Below, piece by piece: positions 36,501 to 45,600 of a stretch of 64,000 nt of DNA. A model generated the notes under the pieces. That model ran no database searches. It was not told the DNA's origin and was given only the letters and a program-made list of their open reading frames with translations. This DNA comes from Planctomycetaceae bacterium (GTDB lineage Bacteria; Planctomycetota; Planctomycetia; Planctomycetales; Planctomycetaceae). Where the stretch lies: positions 5,713-69,712 of the forward strand of contig JAXMBV010000036.1 in NCBI GenBank assembly GCA_046349695.1, read 5' to 3'. Position numbers and translations under genes: made by a program. The first letter of the stretch is position 1, and each line of letters starts with the position of its first letter.

Positions 36501-39413
36501 TTGGATTGTCTGTCCGCTTTCCCCCTCAATCTCAAGGGCCGGGGCGTCACGATCGACCACTTCAATCTGCAGGCTTTCCTGGTCAAAATAGAATACCCGG
36601 CATCGGGGATCAGGACCACGTTTCTGTGGCACAATGATGATGTAGCTGCCGTCATTAGCTACTTCGACAGACTGGGGGGGGATATCGCTGTTAAGTCGTG
36701 GGTAGAGATCCCGTCTGCACAGCAACTTTGTAGCATGAATGTCCAGTATGTGAACCGTTGAAACAGCATTCCGTTCGAATGCGTAGAGATAATGGTCCCC
36801 ATTTGCAAAGCGAAAGAAACTGATCGGCGACGACGGGCGAAATGGCAAGTCCAGTGGCTGATAGCCGGAATCTGTCTTCTTCCAGCCCTCAATCCATGCG
36901 CCATTCGTGCCATTGACAATGAGTACCGAGCCCGTGGGAGAGACAGTTACTGATGCGCCGCCGTTGCCGGATACTTCGACCGTGTGCAACTTGCGACGTA
37001 ATTCTGTTGACCAGATCTGCACCGTACGCTTCGGAGAACTGTTGACTAACAAGGCCAAGGTGGTCCCATCATCTGAAATGGTTGAACCCAGTGTGGGGCT
37101 TTCCGTGTTCACCTGAGCATTCTTTTTAGTCTGCGCAATAGCGATCTTCTCTTTGATGACAGAAACCCGGCTCTTAATCAACTTCGTCAACGTCTCATCG
37201 AGATTGGGGTCAAGCTTTGCCTCTAATTCCTTGACGGCGTTCTCGCCCCGTTCGACAACCTTCCCAAATTCTTCCAGGTCCATTGCTGCATTAACAGATG
37301 ATTCGTGACGTGTGAGCTCGGCCCGTATGGCTTCGTTTCGCGCAGTGCCGACTGCCTTGAGAGCCTCCGTTACCTCGTTGTTTGCCTTTCGGGCGGCTTC
37401 AATTGCCTTTCTGGACTCTTCAACTTTGAGATTAAGTTCCTGATTCTTCTTTGTGAGTTCCTTGTCCTTATCCATAATTTCCTGGTCTTTGGCCCTGGCT
37501 CGATCCTCCGCTTCTTTGGCGCGGTTCGCAGCTGCTGTGGCCTCTTCGGCCTTCTCCGCTGCGAGTTGTTCAGCCCGCTCTGCCGTTGCCGTTAGTCCCT
37601 GTACTCTGGCTTCTGCAACACGCACTACCTCGTCGGCTGTCTTTTTTGCTGCTTCTGCTTCACCGAGAGCATTCTTCTTCAATTCTTCTGCTTGCGCCGC
37701 TTCAGCTTTTGCTTTCGCTGCGCTGCCTTGAAGGTACCGGAGTGCAACAAGTGCAACCACTGAGGCAGCAAACAGCAGGAACCAGGTTGATTTGACGATC
37801 GTTCGAAATCGTCGCGCCTTTTTGAGTTTCACGGACAGATTTGCCAGCTCAGGTTCGCGGCGCCCGCCAACCACCTCGAGACCCAGGTCGTAGTCGCCTT
37901 TCTTCAAGGCAAGACGTGCAAAGGCTTCACGGGCCGCCAGATCGCCTTTGATCGCACGGTGATTGGACGGCCAACGAATGAGTGCATCACTAAACAGCGC
38001 GACGGACTGCTGAAATTCGTCGTAATCATCGTTCTTGCGATCTTTGGCGACTTCAAGCAGTTCTTCAGCGCGGCCGGTGATTCGGTATTCGCGGATTGCC
38101 TCCTGAAACTGCTCCACACTGGCGTAACGGTCTCGTGGGTGTGTGGCCATGGCTTTACGGGCAATTTGCATCAGCTCGCCTGTGTGCTTTACATCGGCCT
38201 CGATTTCGTTATTCACGATCGCCTGGCATACCGCAGCAAATTTCTGGTCCGGATCCGACAGCTGCTGGATCCACTTCAGGTAATGGGGCTGAAACCCTTC
38301 CAGAATCTCGAAGAGAATGGCTCCAAGAAGATAGATGTCACTCTGAGGACAAACTTCTTCCACGTATTCGCTGGCAAGTTCAGGAGCCATATAGACAGGG
38401 GTTCCGACTCCTCCCTGATACTCGATGAGCACACTGTTCCGCTTTTCAAATCGCTCGGTCGTAACGGCCAGTCCCCAGTCAAGCACAATGACTTCACCGA
38501 AGTCACCAACAACGACGTTTTCCGGCTTCAAGTCACGATTGATCACACCACGTGAATGAGCATAAGCGACTGCGTCACAGACCTTCATCAGGATTTCAAG
38601 GTTCTCTTCCTGCGATTTCGTGGCGATGAGTTTATCCCAGCTGGTGCCGTTGACCTGCTTCATGGAATAGAACAGCTTGCCGTCTTCGGTGTGACCAAGG
38701 TCATGGATCGGCACGATGTTGGGATGCACCAGGTTGGCGGTGACAACAGCTTCTGAAACAAACATCTCCTGATGGTGAATCGGATCCTGAATGTCCGCTT
38801 TCAGGGTCTTGATGGCCAGTGGGCGATTCAAGGATGTTTGAGTGGCTCGGTAGACCACGCCCATGCTGCCTTCACCCAGTTCTCCTTTGATCTCATATTC
38901 CGGTGAAGATGCACCCTGGAGGAAAGCAGACATCAATCCGCCGGCCTGCGGATCGCCACCTTGAATCTGGTTGGCAATTCCCGAGATTTGTCCCGCGACA
39001 TGTTTCTTGTGGATCTTGAGGTTCCATGTGCTCTTGCCAACGGTACGTTGCTTTCCGGATGGCTGCGAGCGGCTTCGCGGAATGTTGGTCTGTAATGTCT
39101 CCTTGCGTTGATTGGAAACAGTGCCAAGAATCTGAGAGATCGATCGACCGGCGGCGGTGTCAACCCCCATTGTCTTTGTTACAGAACGATGGGGCGGAGC
39201 CTGAGTCGCAAAAGCTGTATTTCGGCCAGAAGCTCCGATGGGCGGTGCAGCCATCGTTCCCTGAACTGTGTTTGAGCCGGTGGATTCCGGCCGGCCCGCG
39301 GCAGAATTTGAAACAGGAAATCGCTCTGCACTGCCAGCAGAATTTGGAAGCATTGTTCCTGTCACTGGCGGACGTGAATTCGGATTCTCTCGTGAGTTTT
39401 CAGATTGAGTCAT
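33549..39413 (-). CDS. giant Ser/Thr kinase - TM - coiled coil - multi-WD40/beta-propeller protein
   Basis: 1954 aa with an ATG start. The N-tail is S/T/P-rich. The kinase domain spans about res 172-445 (GEGSMGVVYRA, AIKTLK, NRDLKPENVV, DWG, APE). The TM segment is STWFLLFAASVVALVAL. A ~200-aa Ala/Glu/Lys coiled coil follows, then more than 1100 aa of WD40-like blades (e.g. 'GRIVLWNLNDG', 'ILLWTIDQN', 'AHLWNLADG'). Confidence 0.9.
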   Translation of the reverse strand: MTQSENSRENPNSRPPVTGTMLPNSAGSAERFPVSNSAAGRPESTGSNTVQGTMAAPPIGASGRNTAFATQAPPHRSVTKTMGVDTAAGRSISQILGTVSNQRKETLQTNIPRSRSQPSGKQRTVGKSTWNLKIHKKHVAGQISGIANQIQGGDPQAGGLMSAFLQGASSPEYEIKGELGEGSMGVVYRATQTSLNRPLAIKTLKADIQDPIHHQEMFVSEAVVTANLVHPNIVPIHDLGHTEDGKLFYSMKQVNGTSWDKLIATKSQEENLEILMKVCDAVAYAHSRGVINRDLKPENVVVGDFGEVIVLDWGLAVTTERFEKRNSVLIEYQGGVGTPVYMAPELASEYVEEVCPQSDIYLLGAILFEILEGFQPHYLKWIQQLSDPDQKFAAVCQAIVNNEIEADVKHTGELMQIARKAMATHPRDRYASVEQFQEAIREYRITGRAEELLEVAKDRKNDDYDEFQQSVALFSDALIRWPSNHRAIKGDLAAREAFARLALKKGDYDLGLEVVGGRREPELANLSVKLKKARRFRTIVKSTWFLLFAASVVALVALRYLQGSAAKAKAEAAQAEELKKNALGEAEAAKKTADEVVRVAEARVQGLTATAERAEQLAAEKAEEATAAANRAKEAEDRARAKDQEIMDKDKELTKKNQELNLKVEESRKAIEAARKANNEVTEALKAVGTARNEAIRAELTRHESSVNAAMDLEEFGKVVERGENAVKELEAKLDPNLDETLTKLIKSRVSVIKEKIAIAQTKKNAQVNTESPTLGSTISDDGTTLALLVNSSPKRTVQIWSTELRRKLHTVEVSGNGGASVTVSPTGSVLIVNGTNGAWIEGWKKTDSGYQPLDLPFRPSSPISFFRFANGDHYLYAFERNAVSTVHILDIHATKLLCRRDLYPRLNSDIPPQSVEVANDGSYIIIVPQKRGPDPRCRVFYFDQESLQIEVVDRDAPALEIEGESGQTIQKVKLSPDGSYLLAAIEARDGSVSMTVLPKTKEASSTAFPFEPVSTEQSFFHCTKKDLPVEIAISQDGSRIAAANSMTRNNIQMWDVRDYTVTNCSTKGLRDSKDGKLLSGMANRVRTIGFRTAEEIVCVPEASNLICFWNLQEYEDYISLLRQIQESFTELATTVPSSASLQSRSEVRISQRISRLTRNNGYVFAVLPSDEVPKQPVENNRPYELRQTSDDSLRRVFSADFSEDGSRIVIGASDLAAHVYKSDTGTKSLSMSGRGDWLLGLNDRNYFVEGHNSEVKTIRFLPPNGDLLLTAENLGVISVWDAKADEDGIGQERSRLIPQYATSDFAISEDGQWVLAGGAAVNPDKTAKGPEKLLHQALLWSVKDIRESIAPAEIRTFAGQHKGAEITAVAISPDSTLALTCGRRGRIVLWNLNDGSVVSSAEGTHDGDAVSGAAFIDLTHFVTSGFDGSILLWTIDQNQLKPTKIHRGSFILRMERSPDRKFIAFHDITFANADDPNAKSQLSIQILDVSKAAEGAVPSPTTIHPFSFKREESRRVSRSGCAWFPDSSRLLLTIDGNLLVFSATNWAKESAFRLDEAQKSEDPGLARYYLDRLPARAAVSPTLQDGEIHIATLSGRQAHLWNLADGKHLAEFRTHHSQRLTSSFSSDRRFVLTASETLRVFDAEETSPTRGRTMFRMDLNHNHNHPLTGALFSPAADDYRFLSFDDSGEVRLWSWTPSSGPPKEPLLVVPAKDEPLPEWAGDEGIRKPATIACWSQDAKRIVACRRGHIECWAVNGSELVPIAVTPPPTVSLDTTGTDQTKAEWLFNDVTFSRTNHMISAGGIARVNGVVLPGACVWRIEADGTASLVATLIDRENRHQVSTRNEVPGGITSLWQFESRLVTGGSEGNIIKWSLPDVATEKEGVASWLIDVKVPNDASVPESQRIAGHTTRITSLKAAPIEPTLQPVPKAIPARIVSSDDAGRVIVWPGSNLE

Positions 39414-39621
39414 TGGCCCGGCTTTGCACTAAAACGACAACTGGAAAAACCTCGAGATTCGCTCGACTACATCAAAGAGTGTCTGTGTGGAGTCTGGATT
39501 AGTCCGCACACCGGGCGGTTCCCTGAAGACACCCACCGCCATAGATTGACCATCCCCACCGGACTTTGCAATCGAATCGAATCTTCTTACGGCCCGGTTC
39601 GAAACGCCGTTCGAAGTTCGA

Positions 39622-42600
39622 TTACTTGCTGTCGCTGTTGTTTTTCAGGGATTTTGAAACTAACGAAGAGAGGCGGCTACTTACACGTCTGTGCGATTTT
39701 CCATCGCCCTTCCTGATCGCCTGGCTGACCATCATCCCCAGCATCAATGAGGATGCGACGATCTGCTGTTCAGGTTCCAGCGAATTCTGTGGATCCGCCA
39801 GGGCTGGGGTTTCTGAGACCTCGACAGGAGACCGATTCGGCGTCAGCTGCCCTTCCGCTGGAATTGCCGGGGTCTGATCCTGGTCGATCTGGGATGTTGG
39901 ATTTGAATCCGGAGCTGTTGTAGATGAACCGTCTGTTGGGGCCTGTTCGCCTGTGGCCTCGTTTGGATCCATTGGTACCAGTTTCAACTCGGGAATCACT
40001 TCCGGCAAAGCCGACTCGTTGGCAGGGAATGGCCGAGAATTGACCGGGTCGTTGTCAAACTGAAGCAGTGGCCGTTCAACTGTGATCTTGTTGCCCTCGG
40101 CATCTTCCTTGGTTGTAATCTGCCAAAGCTCAAGCGTGCTTCCTTCATTGAGCTTGTTGTCCAGAATCCACTGACGAAGCAATTCCGGATGGAGTAGGTT
40201 TGCTCCATCAGGAATGTTCTCGAATTTCTTGATCGGCTCGGTAGATCCAGCGAATCTGAGCTGATAAATGTCAACAGACGGCGTTGCTACAACTTCGACG
40301 AACACGGATTCCGGCTGACTTACAGTCAGCGCCGATATGGTCGGGGCGACGATCGTAGGAGCCACTTGTGGAGCGTATGTCGGAGGCTGTGGTGGTTCCG
40401 GACGAGGCAACGGTGCGAGTGCAAGCGTCGGAATCGTAACCCGGACGGTTCCGCCTTCAAAATAGAAGTCGGTGTTCGACAACGTCAGATCCAGCAGAAC
40501 GGCCGCCGTTCGATTAACAACAGTTGCTCCCGTGATTGGTCCTTCTGTGCCTGTGGAACTGTTATCTGTCGAACTAAGCAGCCCCGAATTGAATGCCAGT
40601 CCCGTGACCGCACCAACTCCAACAGCCGTCGAAAAAGCACCCTGCTCTATCGTGTCCCCAAGGACCTGAATGGAATTGTGGTGCGAAACACTGAAGTCGA
40701 CCAGGAATGAGTTCTGGCCGGATTGTATGAAGGCGTTCAGGTCATTAAACGAATACTCATGGGAAACGGACTGCATCCCCGGCTGAACAGTAATGGATTC
40801 AACACGGACACTGCCACCATCGGCATTGATGTCGCGCCAGTCAATATCGAGACGAAGGTTCTCCTCACCTGGTGTGCGAATCACGATGTCAAAGGTGGCA
40901 GTATAGGTATTGCTGCTATTTGTCGTTACAACGGCAGCAATTGGATTAGCCGGATAATTGAAGAACGCACGCGGGTCAGCCCCTCCATTCGGATCCGGCC
41001 GACGCTCAAATGTCGTTGCGACGCCGCCGTCAGTGCGGATTGTAACAACTCCGTCGAACGTCACTGTGCCCAGGGCATTTGTCGCATCTTCTCCCTTGGC
41101 CAACAGCGTCAAGTGATCGTTACTACTGCTTTCGCTTTGTCCTGGAGTCGGATCGCCATCCGTCGAGATACTTGATCCTGACGAAATGCGAATGTTACGG
41201 CCGGCGGTGATGGTGATTGTCTCGACACCAGTGGTGGTTCCGGTTGTGGCCTCCAAAGTGCCACTACTTGCGTTACCAATCACTACATCTCTGGCAGCGG
41301 AGATTTGTATCAACTTGCCAGATGTTGAGAGCTTCTCGAGAGTAATGTCGCCTGATGTAGCAGAAGTCGTCGTGTAGGAGATAGAGCCTTTGCTGGTAGT
41401 GCTTGCGTTCGTCTTCATCACGATCGCACCGTTGTCGGCAGTTACCTGAATTACAGACAACTCACTTACCACCGTAACTTCGGTCCCCTGGGCGTTGAGA
41501 TTTGAGAGACCTCCCGAAAGCGTCAGCGTATTTCCCGCCATGCTGACAATCGTCAATACATCTGAATCGATCGCATTGCCTATCCTTACTTGCTGACCTG
41601 GCTCGAAGCCGAGTGAGTTTTGCAGAGTAATGGTCGTGGCGTTTTGGGCGGCAATCGCTGCCAGCGAATCATGAGCTCCACCTCCAGTGGAGATAGAGGA
41701 GTTCTGGTTGACGGCATCTGCGGAGACGGTGATGTTTCCAGTCGTAGATCTGACCGGCGCATTCAGAGTAGCGGAACCTGCGTCTGTATTGAGGAGGATG
41801 TTTCCGGAGCCATGAGCGAGAACTCCTCCGGTGACGACATCCGCGTTCGTGGCCATGTTGGTGGCGAGGTTTGCAGAGAGAGTTACAAGATTGCCTGCGA
41901 TGGCGGTGATCGTGAATGTTTCCTGATTGGAGTCAGCGTCAGAGATGACAATGGTCTGTCCGACCGCCATCCCGACGGTGCTGTTGACCTGAATCTGATT
42001 TGCCCCGGCGACAGCGGGAGCACTGGACGTGGTCTGAGCCGCCGGATCGACGATGAGATTTCCGGCATCGACATCAATGCTGATGTTTCCATTTCCGTTC
42101 TGCGTCTGAACTCCGGAGCCGGTGATGGTGAGACCGTTTGTTTCCTGAATATTGATGTTGCCGGAGGTTGTATTTGTGGCAACCAGCGATCCGATGGTGG
42201 TGTCGATGTCCGCCACACCACCGGCGCTTCCGATACCGGTGGCCGCTGTCAGTGTGGCACGTCCGGCTGGTGTGACAAGGTTTGAGAGTTCAAGAGCGGT
42301 GTTGTCTGAGATTGCTCCATTCGTCGCGGTTACATTGATGTCGCTGGTGTTGCTGAGCTGACTGAGAGCGACATTGGTGAGAGCGGTATAGGTAATGATC
42401 CCGTTTGTCGCAGACGAGACGGTCCTGTCGGCCATCGTGATGGCGGTGGTGTCAGCAGTGACAGAGATGGCCCCGGCACCTCCAGTGGAGATAGAGGAGT
42501 TCTGGTTGACGGCATCTGCGGAGACGGTGATGTTTCCAGTCGTAGATCTGACCGGCGCATTCAGAGTAGCGGAACCTGCGTCTGTATTGAGGAGGATGTT

Positions 42601-45600
42601 TCCGGAGCCATGAGCGAGAACTCCTCCGGTGACGACATCCGCGTTCGTGGCCATGTTGGTGGCGAGGTTTGCAGAGAGAGTTACAAGATTGCCTGCGATG
42701 GCGGTGATCGTGAATGTTTCCTGATTGGAGTCAGCGTCAGAGATGACAATGGTCTGTCCGACCGCCATCCCGACGGTGCTGTTGACCTGAATCTGATTTG
42801 CCCCGGCGACAGCGGGAGCACTGGACGTGGTCTGAGCCGCCGGATCGACGATGAGATTTCCGGCATCGACATCAATGCTGATGTTTCCATTTCCGTTCTG
42901 CGTCTGAACTCCGGAGCCGGTGATGGTGAGACCGTTTGTTTCCTGAATATTGATGTTGCCGGAGGTTGTATTTGTGGCAACCAGCGATCCGATGGTGGTG
43001 TCGATGTCCGCCACACCACCGGCGCTTCCGATACCGGTGGCCGCTGTCAGTGTGGCACGTCCGGCTGGTGTGACAAGGTTTGAGAGTTCAAGAGCGGTGT
43101 TGTCTGAGATTGCTCCATTCGTCGCGGTTACATTGATGTCGCTGGTGTTGCTGAGCTGACTGAGAGCGACATTGGTGAGAGCGGTATAGGTAATGATCCC
43201 GTTTGTCGCAGACGAGACGGTCCTGTCGGCCATCGTGATGGCGGTGGTGTCAGCAGTGACAGAGATGGCCCCGGCACCTCCAGTGGAGATAGAGGAGTTC
43301 TGGTTGACGGCATCTGCGGAGACGGTGATGTTTCCAGTCGTAGATCTGACCGGCGCATTCAGAGTAGCGGAACCTGCGTCTGTATTGAGGAGGATGTTTC
43401 CGGAGCCATGAGCGAGAACTCCTCCGGTGACGACATCCGCGTTCGTGGCCATGTTGGTGGCGAGGTTTGCAGAGAGAGTTACAAGATTGCCTGCGATGGC
43501 GGTGATCGTGAATGTTTCCTGATTGGAGTCAGCGTCAGAGATGACAATGGTCTGTCCGACCGCCATCCCGACGGTGCTGTTGACCTGAATCTGATTTGCC
43601 CCGGCGACAGCGGGAGCACTGGACGTGGTCTGAGCCGCCGGATCGACGATGAGATTTCCGGCATCGACATCAATGCTGATGTTTCCATTTCCGTTCTGCG
43701 TCTGAACTCCGGAGCCGGTGATGGTGAGACCGTTTGTTTCCTGAATATTGATGTTGCCGGAGGTTGTATTTGTGGCAACCAGCGATCCGATGGTGGTGTC
43801 GATGTCCGCCACACCACCGGCGCTTCCGATACCGGTGGCCGCTGTCAGTGTGGCACGTCCGGCTGGTGTGACAAGGTTTGAGAGTTCAAGAGCGGTGTTG
43901 TCTGAGATTGCTCCATTCGTCGCGGTTACATTGATGTCGCTGGTGTTGCTGAGCTGACTGAGAGCGACATTGGTGAGAGCGGTATAGGTAATGATCCCGT
44001 TTGTCGCAGACGAGACGGTCCTGTCGGCCATCGTGATGGCGGTGGTGTCAGCAGTGACAGAGATGGCCCCGGCACCTCCAGTGGAGATAGAGGAGTTCTG
44101 GTTGACGGCATCTGCGGAGACGGTGATGTTTCCAGTCGTAGATCTGACCGGCGCATTCAGAGTAGCGGAACCTGCGTCTGTATTGAGGAGGATGTTTCCG
44201 GAGCCATGAGCGAGAACTCCTCCGGTGACGACATCCGCGTTCGTGGCCATGTTGGTGGCGAGGTTTGCAGAGAGAGTTACAAGATTGCCTGCGATGGCGG
44301 TGATCGTGAATGTTTCCTGATTGGAGTCAGCGTCAGAGATGACAATGGTCTGTCCGACCGCCATCCCGACGGTGCTGTTGACCTGAATCTGATTTGCCCC
44401 GGCGACAGCGGGAGCACTGGACGTGGTCTGAGCCGCCGGATCGACGATGAGATTTCCGGCATCGACATCAATGCTGATGTTTCCATTTCCGTTCTGCGTC
44501 TGAACTCCGGAGCCGGTGATGGTGAGACCGTTTGTTTCCTGAATATTGATGTTGCCGGAGGTTGTATTTGTGGCAACCAGCGATCCGATGGTGGTGTCGA
44601 TGTCCGCCACACCACCGGCGCTTCCGATACCGGTGGCCGCTGTCAGTGTGGCACGTCCGGCTGGTGTGACAAGGTTTGAGAGTTCAAGAGCGGTGTTGTC
44701 TGAGATTGCTCCATTCGTCGCGGTTACATTGATGTCGCTGGTGTTGCTGAGCTGACTGAGAGCGACATTGGTGAGAGCGGTATAGGTAATGATCCCGTTT
44801 GTCGCAGACGAGACGGTCCTGTCGGCCATCGTGATGGCGGTGGTGTCAGCAGTGACAGAGATGGCCCCGGCACCTCCAGTGGAGATAGAGGAGTTCTGGT
44901 TGACGGCATCTGCGGAGACGGTGATGTTTCCAGTCGTAGATCTGACCGGCGCATTCAGAGTAGCGGAACCTGCGTCTGTATTGAGGAGGATGTTTCCGGA
45001 GCCATGAGCGAGAACTCCTCCGGTGACGACATCCGCGTTCGTGGCCATGTTGGTGGCGAGGTTTGCAGAGAGAGTTACAAGATTGCCTGCGATGGCGGTG
45101 ATCGTGAATGTTTCCTGATTGGAGTCAGCGTCAGAGATGACAATGGTCTGTCCAACCACCATCCCGACGGTGCTGTTGACCTGAATCTGATTTGCCCCGG
45201 CGACAGCGGGAGCACTGGACGTGGTCTGAGCCGCCGGATCGACGATGAGATTTCCGGCGTCCACATCAATGCTGATGTTTCCATTTCCGGCCAGAGTGCG
45301 AACTCCGGTTCCGGCAATGGTGAGGCCATTCGATTCCTGAATATTGATGTTTCCGGAGGTTGTGTTTGTGGCGACAAGCGAGCCGATGGTGGTGTCAATG
45401 TCATCGGCGCTTCCGATGCCGGTTGCAGCACTGAGAGTTGCGGTTCCTGTTGTGCTGAGGTTTGCGGTTTCGCCGGCGAGTGTGTCAGTGATTGCTCCGG
45501 CCGTGCTGGCATCGGAGTCAGCAGTGACCGCGATGTTTCCGGAGGTTGAGCTGACAAGAGCCCCAATCGCGACGTTTCCTGCAGCGGAAAGTGTGACGTT

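Noticed and set aside
39622-39800. PEP-CTERM-like sorting signal at the adhesin C-terminus ('LEPEQQIVASSLMLGMMVSQAIRKGDGKSHRR').
   Set aside because: The hydrophobic stretch is short and Ser/Gln-interrupted, and the motif is EPE rather than PEP. About 25 further residues follow the basic cluster. No exosortase gene is seen. The evidence is insufficient.
41679-45288. Could the regular repeats be a CRISPR array or an IS/MITE cluster?
   Set aside because: The unit is 798 bp with no unique spacers, is in-frame (266 codons) and is continuous with the flanking coding sequence. No transposase or terminal inverted repeats are seen. It is a coding tandem repeat.
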